This document shows, piece by piece, positions 10,846 to 20,631 of a stretch of DNA of 64,000 nt. The notes under the pieces are model-generated. The model did not search any database. It saw only the letters and a program-made list of their open reading frames with translations, and was not told the origin of the DNA. This stretch comes from a virus. A program made the translations under genes and the position numbers. Positions within the stretch are counted from its first letter, which is position 1; every line of letters begins with the position of its first letter. The stretch is from positions 10,702 to 74,701 of IMG/VR virus record IMGVR_UViG_3300045988_115158. One strand, 5' to 3'.

Positions 10846-10910
10846 ATACTATAATTTTTAATATTATAGTAATATATTATCTAAAATGGATTATTATCAA
10901 AGCTTTTATT

Positions 10911-11558
10911 TTATTTTTTAAAAGTTATATAAAAATATTGCGTTAGTGTACCAGTTTCCTTGATATCCTCAACCATTGGTTCCATGAAAGCTTCATTTTT
11001 CTTTCTTTCCATGTTAGCTACACTTCTATTAGACTGCATAATGAAAAGAACAGATAAATCAGTTTTATTTCTAACAACTACAAGTTTATTAGCACATTCG
11101 TCAATCTCTCCTTTTTTAGTGCGTCCATTAGCAGGTATTAAAAGTCCCGCATGGTCAATTACAGCTAAAACAGTTTGTTTAGGATTATTAGGAGTATAAT
11201 GACCATCTTTAAAAGTGCCCTCTTCTTTAAGAACCTGCATAATTTCAGATATTACTTTATCAGAAGTATGGGCACCATCAAATATAATTAATTTTTTATA
11301 TACCTTTTCTAACCATTCATATCCTAATTTTACATATTCATATATATCATCTGGTAAAGTATAATCTTTACCTATAGAAAGTATCTGTTTAGCAGATATT
11401 CTAATATGATAAGTATCATACAAATACGTACTTAATAGTTTAGCTATAATAAAGAATTCTTTCATCTCAAGAGCAAAGAAGATAATCTTAATTTTATTAT
11501 CTTCTAGGTGCTCTTTTAATGGAATATAAACATATGAATATAGGGCTGCACTTGATTT
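10911..11558 (-). CDS. DnaB-family replicative helicase, exon 2 (from Walker A lysine onward)
   Basis: Frame extends upstream of the annotated Met as KSSAALYSYVYIPLKEHLEDNKIKIIFFALEM..VIDHAGLL..FIMQSNR. This matches DnaB GKT-FSLEM-DYLQLM-QLNR motif order. Confidence 0.6.
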   Translation of the reverse strand, partial: KSSAALYSYVYIPLKEHLEDNKIKIIFFALEMKEFFIIAKLLSTYLYDTYHIRISAKQILSIGKDYTLPDDIYEYVKLGYEWLEKVYKKLIIFDGAHTSDKVISEIMQVLKEEGTFKDGHYTPNNPKQTVLAVIDHAGLLIPANGRTKKGEIDECANKLVVVRNKTDLSVLFIMQSNRSVANMERKKNEAFMEPMVEDIKETGTLTQYFYITFKK

Positions 11559-11939
11559 CAGTTATGTTATCCTATAGGCTTTTTATCCTATAGTTCTATA
11601 GTTTCTTATTTACTATAGCTCGGCGTACATATTCACCTTCAGCATTGCCTGTTAAGGGCAGACCACTCTTGGAACTATTGTATTCTAACAGAAATAGTTC
11701 AGCTATTAACTAGACTATTTATTAGGCTCAAGTTCTACGCTCTACGATGCTACAGACTCTTTAGTTTCTGTAGTTATCTCGGTATTAGCATCACAGCCTT
11801 CACCGATATTGGTCTGAATTGGTCTATATGATTTCTCATATAGCTGGCGAAAATATATAAATTTCTCATATTTTCTATCTAAATATATAGTGCAATTATC
11901 ATATAAATATTTTATTATATTGTAAGAAATTTTTTAATC
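11559..11939 (-). other. group I-type self-splicing intron (ORF-less) inside the DnaB P-loop codons
   Basis: Separates ...ASSGIG (ending in T) from KSSAAL.... The intron ends in G. Multiple stop codons. Shares a conserved hairpin core with the intron at 13907-14255. Confidence 0.55.
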
Positions 11940-12103
11940 ACCAATACCTGAACTAGCAAACAACAATGTAAAAGTACTTTTAGTAAGTCCACCTGTTATT
12001 TCTTCTAGTTTAGGTAACCCTATACTTAATCCATGATTTCTTCCTAATCTACCGTTTTCTACTTCTTTCTTAAAACTCTCTAAACTCACAGAGTTGCAAC
12101 AGT
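11940..12103 (-). CDS. DnaB-family helicase, exon 1 segment (no start codon; -1 frame relative to 12086-12697 ORF)
   Basis: Reads ...NHGLSIGLPKLEEITGGLTKSTFTLLFASSGIG, the DnaB motif preceding Walker A. Opens right after a TAA. Confidence 0.5.
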
Positions 12104-12697
12104 ATTACAGTCCATTCCAGTGTCTCCATTCTTTAAAGCTTCAAGATCTTCCCATTTTTCATCTACAATAAATGTAGCTAGGCTATAATTAATAATACCA
12201 TTATCAGTATTAGCTTCCCAATCTAGTAAATCAATAATCTTTTTATGAAGTTCTTCATTCCAATGGATTTTCTTTCCATAAGTTCTATAAGCATCTTCAA
12301 GACTATTAAACTTTTTAGAAACACCTAGCATACTAGTTAAGCATCCATTAATATTTCTAAATCTAGGATAATGTTCTCTAAGTTCTTTTCCCATTTCAAA
12401 GGAACTCTTAGCTAAACATTTTAGGAAGTTTTTATTAAATGGTATCTCTTCAGGAACTAGTTTCATTCCTGGAATAATTTTATAACTTTTAAGGATAAGA
12501 CCTTTATCTTGTAAAGATTTAAGTATATCTATAAAACTTCCTACATACTTTTTATCAATAGCCAAATACCTACGAAGATAATCTTCTGAATAATCTTCTA
12601 TATAAGCATTTATAGCTTTAATAACAAATAATTCAGTAGGAGTAATATTATATTTTTCTAAAATTGTTATTTCTTCATCAATGTTTAAATCAAACAT
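12086..12697 (-). CDS. DnaB helicase N-terminal domain ORF (probably fused to downstream exons via frameshift or indel)
   Basis: 203-aa ORF ending 16 nt inside the exon-1 frame. The combined length (~450 aa) fits DnaB. Confidence 0.45.
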   Translation of the reverse strand: MFDLNIDEEITILEKYNITPTELFVIKAINAYIEDYSEDYLRRYLAIDKKYVGSFIDILKSLQDKGLILKSYKIIPGMKLVPEEIPFNKNFLKCLAKSSFEMGKELREHYPRFRNINGCLTSMLGVSKKFNSLEDAYRTYGKKIHWNEELHKKIIDLLDWEANTDNGIINYSLATFIVDEKWEDLEALKNGDTGMDCNTVATL

Positions 12698-12775
12698 ACA
12701 GTAATTCGGATAATTAAAAGTCTTCCATACTGTAATTAAGTTAATCTCTTTTCAGAGCGATATTAATACATAGAT

Positions 12776-13906
12776 TCAGAATCTAAAATCAAATTTAGGA
12801 ACTATCTTTTCACCTGGGGTAAAGTCTTTACCTTGTAACACTTTATCCAATTCTGATTCGTCTATAGTTATAAAAGAATCTCCCTTATGAGAATCATAAA
12901 ACCACTTAGTTTCTTGAGTTCTATTTAATACTATATTGAATATTTCTGCTGTCTTACCTTTTTCAAAGCGGATTGATCTTCCTCTCCGTTGACAAGCTCT
13001 AGTAGTTGAACTATCTAATCCAAATATAATAGCTACAGAAAGACCTTTTACATCAAGTCCTTCATCAGCTTTTTTTACTGTAGATAATAGAGTTATCTTT
13101 CCAGAGTTAAAATCTTCAATAGCTGTAGCACTTCTTTTCTTAGAAGTTCTACTAGAATATACAGTAGCATTAGGAATTTTTTCTGCCATTTTAATATTAT
13201 TAGCAAAAGTTATTATTTTTTTATCCTTTCTAGCTTCTATAATTTTCTTTACTATTTCAATTTTCTTTGGATGATTATTTATGAAAGCTTTTTTCTCATG
13301 CATAGTAGACCAAAATCTGATAGCATGATAATTTATACTTTGTAATACTTCAGACTTTTTATTAGGATCACTACACATAGAATCTCTTAGGAGTAGTTTA
13401 TTTCGCCAACCCATAGGACCAGCTAATTTATTAACTAACTCCCAAGAGAATCCGAAGAATTCAAAATGAGAAATGAATTCTTTATTTATTTTTTCATATT
13501 CTTCTAAATCATCAACATTTACTAAGACTAGATATTCTTTATATGGGCTAACCCAACCATTTGCAAGACAAGTATTAATATCAATAGTATCAATTACTGG
13601 ACAGTATTTTGCTAATATTTTATCTCTACCATCAAGACGCTCAAAAGTAGCTGTAAGACCTAAGATAAATTGGTATTTTACTACTTCAAATAATCTTACA
13701 AAAGTCTCAGCTGCATATCTATGCGCCTCATCCAGTACTAAAAGATCATATTTGACAGGATGTTTTATTACAGTGTTTATTATTTGTACATCACAACTTA
13801 ATCCTAGCCCATTAGAATCTATATGACCACACCATTGTTTTTGTAAAGTTTCTGTTGGCACAATTATTAGTACTCGATATTGTGGAAAGTGTTTTAACAC
13901 TGTTTT
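12776..13906 (-). CDS. SF2 DNA helicase (UvsW-like), exon 2
   Basis: Begins KTVLKHFPQYRVLIIVPT. LVLDEAHR (DEAH), GLTAT (motif III), QRRGRSIR (motif VI). Confidence 0.6.
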   Translation of the reverse strand, partial: KTVLKHFPQYRVLIIVPTETLQKQWCGHIDSNGLGLSCDVQIINTVIKHPVKYDLLVLDEAHRYAAETFVRLFEVVKYQFILGLTATFERLDGRDKILAKYCPVIDTIDINTCLANGWVSPYKEYLVLVNVDDLEEYEKINKEFISHFEFFGFSWELVNKLAGPMGWRNKLLLRDSMCSDPNKKSEVLQSINYHAIRFWSTMHEKKAFINNHPKKIEIVKKIIEARKDKKIITFANNIKMAEKIPNATVYSSRTSKKRSATAIEDFNSGKITLLSTVKKADEGLDVKGLSVAIIFGLDSSTTRACQRRGRSIRFEKGKTAEIFNIVLNRTQETKWFYDSHKGDSFITIDESELDKVLQGKDFTPGEKIVPKFDFRF

Positions 13907-14255
13907 AATACAGTTTAGTCCTGTTCTGGATTTCGGTCTTGTTATCGTATAGCTTTTTATCTATACTTCTTACTATTACTAATAAGCCCCGCATAAATTT
14001 TTACCCACTTATTTCAGTTGGGGTATCGAACACTCGTGGAGAAATTATATTCTAATGAAAATAGTCTAGCTATTAACTAGACTATTTATTAGGTTCATTC
14101 TCTATGCTGTACGGTGTAGAAGATTTTTTAATTTCTTCTATTACCTCGGTATTACCCTCTATAGGGCTTTCACCGATTTTGCTCGATAATAATTTCGAAG
14201 ATTCCTCTATCGAAACGGCATCGTAATTAACAGGTATATGACCCGCTTTTACAGT
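13907..14255 (-). other. group I-type intron inside the SF2 helicase Walker A codons
   Basis: Separates ...IVASTGFG from KTVLKHF.... Contains the hairpin aatagtctag/ctagactatt also present in the DnaB intron. Exact splice boundaries are ambiguous by a few nt. Confidence 0.5.
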
Positions 14256-14387
14256 ACCAAAGCCAGTAGATGCAACTATTGTCCCTACACAACGATTTTT
14301 TATCCATTTTCTACGACACTCTTCTTGTCGTTCATCTCTAGTGATTTTATGAAATAGTTCTCCTTCAATCAGAGAGTTTGTAGCCAT
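14256..14387 (-). CDS. SF2 DNA helicase, exon 1
   Basis: MATNSLIEGELFHKITRDERQEECRRKWIKNRCVGTIVASTGFG. The annotated 101-aa ORF runs on into intron sequence. Confidence 0.5.
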
Positions 14388-15351
14388 TGTAATCAGCTAC
14401 TGCTTTGATTTGTTTAATACGCTTCTCCCACTCTGAAGCTTGCCATCTAACCTTATTTTCGAGATGCAGTAAAACTTTATCTCTTAAGGTTTCCAATTGT
14501 ACTTTAGTCAGATCATTATAACGCTTATCATATTTATCCTTACGGAAGGTAAGCATTGCGCTAAACTCTTTTAGAGTTAAGCCTTTTCTATCATCAATTT
14601 TTAAAACAAGACCTTTTCTGTCTTCAGGATTCTTAGGGTCTCTCAATTTAATATTTAGAAGTTCAGCAACTTGCTTAATTCTATCTACTAAACGACCATT
14701 CTCGTCTTTCTTATTTAATTCTAATAACTCAGAACGTGTAAACCACAATCCAAGCTCAGTAATAAATGTAAGAGTAATGTGTTTACGGACACATTTACCT
14801 AAAGCAGATAAACAAGCTTCTCTAACGATATACAATGGTAATGAAGCAAACATGGTAAATGAATCTTCATCACTATTCATAATATCATTAAGAGTCCACT
14901 CTTTAAAGAGAGTCTCTGCAATAGCACTAACATTTGTCTCGCCTTCACCACTTTCTGCATTCTCTTTAGCAAACTGTTCTGCCTGAGCAGTAATCTGCTG
15001 ATTGAGCATATTAAAGAAACTAGTTCTTACAATACCTTGTCTAGTACTACCTTCACCTGGGTACAATAGCCAAATTAAGAACAACTCAGCATTACAGCGA
15101 GTTCTTTGATCTTCAATCTGTTCCAACAAAACTCGTCGTCCAGGATTTTCATAGTTGTCACTATAAAGCATTGATTCACAATGTTTATATGCTTTACATA
15201 ATTCTTCTTCAGTCATATCTACCATTTTCATGGAAGACTGAATGCGTTCACCATCTACAATTTTTCTGGAACCTTTCCAGAGAAATGTTTCTACATCATT
15301 ATTCTTAGCTTCAAAAGCTTGATTGAGTTTATCACCTAAAACTGTTGTCAT
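14365..15351 (-). CDS. hypothetical protein upstream of helicase
   Basis: 328-aa ORF, overlaps helicase start. Confidence 0.4.
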   Translation of the reverse strand: MTTVLGDKLNQAFEAKNNDVETFLWKGSRKIVDGERIQSSMKMVDMTEEELCKAYKHCESMLYSDNYENPGRRVLLEQIEDQRTRCNAELFLIWLLYPGEGSTRQGIVRTSFFNMLNQQITAQAEQFAKENAESGEGETNVSAIAETLFKEWTLNDIMNSDEDSFTMFASLPLYIVREACLSALGKCVRKHITLTFITELGLWFTRSELLELNKKDENGRLVDRIKQVAELLNIKLRDPKNPEDRKGLVLKIDDRKGLTLKEFSAMLTFRKDKYDKRYNDLTKVQLETLRDKVLLHLENKVRWQASEWEKRIKQIKAVADYNGYKLSD

Positions 15352-15367
15352 AAATCTTAAAGATTAT

Positions 15368-15706
15368 TTATTGTATTATTATATCATCTACGTTTTTAGG
15401 TCTCTGAGGGACAAACTTAATAAACCAGACATTATTATATCTGTATTTCTGTTGTGTGTCTCCATCGTACCATTCATCTATCCCTGCTATTACAGGCTTC
15501 ACTTCGAGATAACCAATATCCCCATAATTTATAGTAGCAGCGCTCCAATTAGGAGGTTGAGTACACATAAGGTATTTAGTCTTTTCTCTAAGCTTATCCT
15601 CATTATCTAACAATTCGAATACATATATCACATAGCCTAAGCTATCATTAAATTTCTCAAGTAATTTACTATAAACAACCATTAATTGATAAATAAATTT
15701 CCGCAA
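15368..15706 (-). CDS. hypothetical protein
   Basis: 112-aa ORF. Confidence 0.4.
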   Translation of the reverse strand: MRKFIYQLMVVYSKLLEKFNDSLGYVIYVFELLDNEDKLREKTKYLMCTQPPNWSAATINYGDIGYLEVKPVIAGIDEWYDGDTQQKYRYNNVWFIKFVPQRPKNVDDIIIQ

Positions 15707-15914
15707 TAATATGGTAATCCTTTTTCAAGGCGTAAATATTATTTATCAATTTTTAGTAATTTTAGTTATCTAGGATTATAATTTCTGCATCCATACTTAG
15801 CAAAATTACATTTAAGCATGTCCATATTTACTAAGCATTTATATCTTTTACAATTCTTACAATCTCTATCTGGAAATTTAAATTTCTTACCGTCAGTATC
15901 CTTTATGTAAGTAT

Positions 15915-16313
15915 CTAATGTATTAGAGCACATATTATAGATAATATACTTATACCTCCAAATAAATAATTCAATTTTGATAATTTTTTATTTTGCATAT
16001 ACAATTCATTATTTTTATCAGATTGAATCTTTATTTGATAATTTTTATATGTTAGCGTACTATCCAGCGTATTTACTAAAGATTTGTAGTTATTTATTTG
16101 AATTTTTTGTAGACTATCATTTACTAGTAAATATTTATGCTCATTAAAAATAAGATTAGTTATTTTTAATTGATACGGTGTCAATAAGAAGTTTTCTCCC
16201 GACTTCTTGAATGTAGTTTGTGAAAAACTGCATGTCGCTATCAGGAGACTGCTTAATAATATTGTCCTTCTCTTTAACATAGATAGTTTTATTATAGTAG
16301 ATAGCAGTATCAC
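15915..16313 (-). CDS. putative lipoprotein/membrane protein
   Basis: Signal-like N-terminus ending LIATCSF. C-terminal hydrophobic segment. Overlaps next ORF, so the start is uncertain. Confidence 0.35.
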   Translation of the reverse strand: MILLSTIIKLSMLKRRTILLSSLLIATCSFSQTTFKKSGENFLLTPYQLKITNLIFNEHKYLLVNDSLQKIQINNYKSLVNTLDSTLTYKNYQIKIQSDKNNELYMQNKKLSKLNYLFGGISILSIICALIH

Positions 16314-16488
16314 ACTTATTGATATTAACTTTAATAGAATTTTTCTTACTATTTAATGAGTCTATTTTTCTTTCTAAGGTATCTGTAGGCATTACAGTAG
16401 TAGATTTAAACCCTTTATATAAAAAGATAGTAGCTCCTATAATAGTAATAAAAATTAATATTAAAATTAATCTATCTAAAAGTTTCAT
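16156..16488 (-). CDS. membrane-anchored hypothetical protein
   Basis: N-terminal TM helix ILILIFITIIGATIFL. Confidence 0.4.
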   Translation of the reverse strand: MKLLDRLILILIFITIIGATIFLYKGFKSTTVMPTDTLERKIDSLNSKKNSIKVNINKCDTAIYYNKTIYVKEKDNIIKQSPDSDMQFFTNYIQEVGRKLLIDTVSIKNN

Positions 16489-16934
16489 TAATCTGCTACT
16501 GCCTTATCATATAAAGCTGCTTTTTGAGCTAAAGCTGCTTTTTGAGCTAAAGCTTCAGCTTCAGCTTTTTCATATTTATCTTTAGCTTTAGCATATGCCA
16601 CACTATACTGCTCAGGATATTGTTTTACGTGATTAACTTCATTATCAAGTATATATTTTACAGTCTCAATATTAAGAAGTCCTGCTCTACCTAATAGTAC
16701 GTTGGTATTTCTATCACTAATACTTTTACCATAAGCAATTTTCTTACCAAGTTCGTTGTTGTGTTTATCTACCGGATTACAGAAAGATACTCCAAAACTA
16801 AGAATTCTAGTAGGATTTTTAGATATAGTACTTTCTCTAAGAACAGCGCATACTACAAAGTAATGATCTTTACCTTCAAAGTCTACAAAACTACCTTCTC
16901 TGTAATCTACGAGTTTCTGCTTAGTGTTTGTCAT
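16488..16934 (-). CDS. hypothetical protein with C-terminal AEALAQKAAL tandem repeat
   Basis: 148 aa. 18-bp tandem DNA repeat near 16505-16545. Confidence 0.45.
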   Translation of the reverse strand: MTNTKQKLVDYREGSFVDFEGKDHYFVVCAVLRESTISKNPTRILSFGVSFCNPVDKHNNELGKKIAYGKSISDRNTNVLLGRAGLLNIETVKYILDNEVNHVKQYPEQYSVAYAKAKDKYEKAEAEALAQKAALAQKAALYDKAVAD

Positions 16935-17200
16935 AATTTTTTAAATTTGGAATTATTAATAATATAATCTAGAGGAGCTGATACTAAGTCAATGGATTTT
17001 ATAATTCTGTATCCAATTTTTTTAGTAACTTGTACCCTCTCTTTAAGAGGTTTACTTGAAGATATAAACTTGCTACCTAGCAATTCCTCTCTATCTTTAT
17101 AATGAGCATATGCTGTAAGTTCATAGACGAACATCTTAGAAACTGTAATGTCTCTATGATGTTCGTCTCTCCAAGTAGTTATAGGAATGGACTTAATCAT
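16931..17200 (-). CDS. hypothetical protein
   Basis: 89-aa ORF, overlapping stop/start. Confidence 0.4.
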   Translation of the reverse strand: MIKSIPITTWRDEHHRDITVSKMFVYELTAYAHYKDREELLGSKFISSSKPLKERVQVTKKIGYRIIKSIDLVSAPLDYIINNSKFKKL

Positions 17201-17514
17201 TCCTCCATCAAAGTAGTATTGTTAGGAGTTTCCCCCACAATATCATATAATCTATGAAGTTCTTTTGTATAGGAATCTAAATATTGTTGCATAGTAAAAG
17301 CCTTTTCAGAATTAGCTTTAGCTACTCTATATCTAGCAATTGATGCCATAGCTCCAGATAAGGTTAATCCATATCCTGCTAAAGTAAGTTCCTCTCTAGC
17401 CTCTCTAGTTTTAGATTTGGCATTAATGGTCTTCATAATATATAAATCCCAATGAGGACAACTTTCATCATTTGTTGAAGATCTTAATTCAAAATCAGAC
17501 TCTTTAATTATCAT
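17197..17514 (-). CDS. hypothetical protein
   Basis: 105-aa ORF. Confidence 0.4.
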   Translation of the reverse strand: MIIKESDFELRSSTNDESCPHWDLYIMKTINAKSKTREAREELTLAGYGLTLSGAMASIARYRVAKANSEKAFTMQQYLDSYTKELHRLYDIVGETPNNTTLMEE

Positions 17515-17791
17515 AGATTACTTTGATCCAATACCACCAGGTCTTGTTGTTACATTCTTTACTGTTTGAGGGAGCTTATCCCACCATACCTGCTTCTGAC
17601 GAAGTCTTTCAAGCTTTGCCTTATACTTCATTTTAACTAGAATTGAAAATTAAAAGAAAATTAATCATCTGTGTAATATTAAAATTATCTAGGTAAAATA
17701 CCATAATTTAGTCATAGACACATCTAGAATAGCCTACAAACTTCTAAATTTAGAATCATGAACAATTTATCACTCTAGAAATGAAAATGTC

Positions 17792-17971
17792 TTAGAGAGA
17801 CTCTGAGACATTACCTTCAAAGTGCTCATCAGCATACTTACGAGCATCTTTGATATCATCGAAATATCTACTTGGTTTTAATCGGTCACTACGTTTTACC
17901 GCAATTTTACCACCAGTAGTATGATAAATAGTAATAGTGTCCACTGTTGCTTTTACAATTTCTTTAGCCAT
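17792..17971 (-). CDS. small hypothetical protein (below ORF-track cutoff)
   Basis: ATG...TAA ORF of about 59 codons (MAKEIVKATVDTITIYH...). Followed by an inverted repeat and T-run. Confidence 0.3.
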   Translation of the reverse strand: MAKEIVKATVDTITIYHTTGGKIAVKRSDRLKPSRYFDDIKDARKYADEHFEGNVSESL

Positions 17972-17973
17972 AA

Positions 17974-18189
17974 TTAATTATTTTTAAAAATTTTACTTAA
18001 AGTTTCTGTTAATTCAGGATACAGGTAATACAGTGCTAATAACGTATTTATAATTGGACATACTAATATTAATATTGTTATTATATTAGTAGGAACATTA
18101 ATTTCAGTCCATCTGTCTATAACAGCAAATGCAGATCCAATATAAATAGTTATACCTGCAACAATTATTATTGATATAACTAAATACAT
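17974..18189 (-). CDS. small membrane protein
   Basis: Two hydrophobic helices. Confidence 0.4.
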   Translation of the reverse strand: MYLVISIIIVAGITIYIGSAFAVIDRWTEINVPTNIITILILVCPIINTLLALYYLYPELTETLSKIFKNN

Positions 18190-18602
18190 TATTCTAATAA
18201 TTCTAAACTAGCATTACTAGCTAATTCATCCGCTAGATTATTACCAAAACAATCTTGATGTCCCCTAACATGGGTAAATTTAATATTTTTTATTAAAGAT
18301 TTAACTCTTTCATATTCTTTATCTAAAATATTCCAGAGCTCTACATTCTTTTTTTTCTTCCATCCTTTAGTAAGACATCCTAATACATATTGACTGTCAC
18401 TTATAAATTCTACTTCATCTATTGGAGTTTTAATGGACTTAAAAGCACATAGCATAGCAATTAATTCCATTTTATTATTAGTAGTATGTTTAAAGCCTTT
18501 AGAGTATTTTTTAAATACTTTATCATCCTTCATCCATACTATTCCAATACCTCCCTGGTCAATAGAAGATTTATAAGCACCATCAGTATAAATCTGTAAC
18601 AT
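18189..18602 (-). CDS. rnh: ribonuclease H (RNase HI-like)
   Basis: IYTDGAY...GGIGIV, ELIAML, DSQYV, HVRGHQDCFGNNLADELA. These are the D-E-D-H-D catalytic motif positions. Confidence 0.65.
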   Translation of the reverse strand: MLQIYTDGAYKSSIDQGGIGIVWMKDDKVFKKYSKGFKHTTNNKMELIAMLCAFKSIKTPIDEVEFISDSQYVLGCLTKGWKKKKNVELWNILDKEYERVKSLIKNIKFTHVRGHQDCFGNNLADELASNASLELLE

Positions 18603-18604
18603 AG

Positions 18605-18931
18605 TTATAAAGATATGTAATCTGCATATTCAAATACTATTCCGTTCTTTTCAGGATCAAAATACGTTGTAGACATACAAAAAGTATCAAAACTATGAGC
18701 TTTTCTATAACAATTTAATAAATCCCTAACATACTCTTCAGTATCACTTATTGTGGAAATATAGCAATGTCCCTCACCTTTAATAACAATTCGTATATCT
18801 GAAGCATCATCTAAATCTCCAGTATTAGAACTAATTTCCCAAGTTCTATTATCTGTAAATAATGCTTCTAACTCTAAATTAATGTCATGAATTAAGTCAG
18901 GGTCTAATTCATTTTTATTTATAATGATCAT
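18605..18931 (-). CDS. hypothetical protein
   Basis: 108-aa ORF. Confidence 0.4.
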   Translation of the reverse strand: MIIINKNELDPDLIHDINLELEALFTDNRTWEISSNTGDLDDASDIRIVIKGEGHCYISTISDTEEYVRDLLNCYRKAHSFDTFCMSTTYFDPEKNGIVFEYADYISL

Positions 18932-19072
18932 TTTTATTCCAAAGTATTAAATAACAACGTTCTCCTTCTAAATTTGAATACCACAATATACATTGGTTAT
19001 CTGTAATATCTAATCCTGGATCAATTATAATTATTACCAAAATAATAGTTATAATAAGTCCCAAAATATACA

Positions 19073-19882
19073 TTAGATAACTTTAAACATTGTAACATTC
19101 TCAGGAAGATTGTCCCAGTCTTTATAAGAGTTAGTAAACCATACGTGATTAAAGTTTTCTGACAGATTCTTTATACCTTTAGGATTTACCATATGAGTGA
19201 CTACGATATTTAAACGTTCCTTAGGGATACCTAAAGCATTAAATGCTTTAGCAATACCACAAAAAGTTCCTCCACCATCACATAAATCATCAAGAATTAA
19301 TAATGGTTTATCACTAATTATTTCAGGATTGTCTATTTTAATCTCTAAGATTCTTCCAGTAGTTAAATCTCGAACTTTACTACAAGTAATTGCTGTACTA
19401 TTATATCTGAATTCATTTCTCTTTTCAGCTCCAGCATCTGGGAAAACTAATTGAAATTCTTTCCAAGTATTATTAGATGGATTCTTTTCAGCGTAAAGAG
19501 GCATGAATTTAGCTCCGAATCTAGGATCATAATAAACATCAGAATGAGGTTCTAAGATTTCAATAGTCTCTGCATTACAATTTTTTAATACATTTAAGAC
19601 TATTTTTAAAGTGAATGGTCTATTGAAAACCATTACTCGATCCATTCTCATACTCATTAAGTAATAGATATTTATTTTATATAGAACTTCATGTCTATCA
19701 AGGATATCTAAAACTTGCATAAGTATAAACAAGTCTTCGGCATTAGTAATTCTACATTTTACTAATACTTGTTCCTTATGACTAAATTCTTCTAATGAAA
19801 TTTGAACTTCCCCATCAGGGAATCTAGAGATAGAATATTTAATATCACTATCTTCTAGATGTACTAAATTTAATTGTTGCAT
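19073..19882 (-). CDS. ribose-phosphate pyrophosphokinase-like enzyme (PRPP synthetase family; candidate ADP-ribose pyrophosphokinase of an NAD+ reconstitution pathway)
   Basis: PRTase-type motif LLILDDLCDGGGT. Length and layout like Prs. Adjacent to NAMPT-like and macro-domain genes. Confidence 0.55.
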   Translation of the reverse strand: MQQLNLVHLEDSDIKYSISRFPDGEVQISLEEFSHKEQVLVKCRITNAEDLFILMQVLDILDRHEVLYKINIYYLMSMRMDRVMVFNRPFTLKIVLNVLKNCNAETIEILEPHSDVYYDPRFGAKFMPLYAEKNPSNNTWKEFQLVFPDAGAEKRNEFRYNSTAITCSKVRDLTTGRILEIKIDNPEIISDKPLLILDDLCDGGGTFCGIAKAFNALGIPKERLNIVVTHMVNPKGIKNLSENFNHVWFTNSYKDWDNLPENVTMFKVI

Positions 19883-20364
19883 AATTTATAAATATAAAGA
19901 GTTATTGTTGAATCATTAGCAAAAAGTTCTTGAAGCATAGGATAAACTACTCCATCCCAATCTCCTCCTGCTAATCCACATCCTAATTTATAAGGAATAC
20001 CTACTTCTGTTACTTCTTCGTCTTCACAAAAAGCTTTTAAATTTAACAAAGCTTTTTTAAGAGCATTATAATCAGTATGTCTATTTTCAAAAGGAGCTAC
20101 TGATTCAGTGAAAGAATATTCACCAAACAAATTAGCTACAAATTTAATAGGAAATTCTCCAGTTACACATATTTGACATTTACCTAATAAATCTTTAGAA
20201 TATTCAAAATTTTTACAGATATCAACATATTGTGTATATACAATATTCCATTTATTTTTAATAAACCTAGCTATACCTGCTCCCATTACTCCTAAACAGT
20301 TAGTTTGATGAGCTATAAGAGGTAAGTTTGATTGGAGTAAATCTCCATTAACAATTTTTATCAT
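19870..20364 (-). CDS. macro-domain protein (ADP-ribose binding/processing)
   Basis: GDLLQS..LIAHQTNCLGVMGAGIA macro-domain signature. Confidence 0.55.
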   Translation of the reverse strand: MIKIVNGDLLQSNLPLIAHQTNCLGVMGAGIARFIKNKWNIVYTQYVDICKNFEYSKDLLGKCQICVTGEFPIKFVANLFGEYSFTESVAPFENRHTDYNALKKALLNLKAFCEDEEVTEVGIPYKLGCGLAGGDWDGVVYPMLQELFANDSTITLYIYKLCNN

Positions 20365-20631
20365 ACTAATGTTGAATTTACACGTTCACGAATTTCAGAA
20401 AGAGAATATTCTCTTACTAATTCTCCATCTACAAAGACTGTTTTAAGACAACCTTGCAGTTCTGCATCCTTAGTCTGCTGGTCATAAGCGACATACTTAC
20501 CATTCTCTTCTTCAACTCTAATAAGACCTTTAAGAGAGTTCTTTGTTCCATCATCAGTCTTTGGGTGCTTATAGATTTCTATAAGTTTACCATTAATTAT
20601 ACAAGCAGTTGCTTTTACTGCAACATAAAAG
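20362..20631 (-). CDS. nicotinamide phosphoribosyltransferase-like (NadV/Namat-like), 3' exon
   Basis: No Met. Reads ..FYVAVKATACIINGKLIEIYKHPKTDDGTKNSLKGLIRVEEENG.... This is the NAMPT C-terminal conserved region. The frame opens right after a TAA. Confidence 0.55.

Noticed and set aside
12086-12110. Treating the DnaB N-terminal ORF and downstream exon as independent genes
   Set aside because: The downstream frame has no start codon and begins exactly after a stop. Together they total DnaB length. A frameshift or indel is more parsimonious, but it is left as a finding rather than a feature.
16505-16545. Short tandem direct repeats (18 bp x2) and the 35020-35200 ~90-bp duplication as possible CRISPR or att repeats
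   Set aside because: They lie inside intact ORFs and translate to in-frame peptide repeats (ALAQKAAL; ..LELLDKL..ILRQC). There are no spacer-repeat arrays anywhere in the window.
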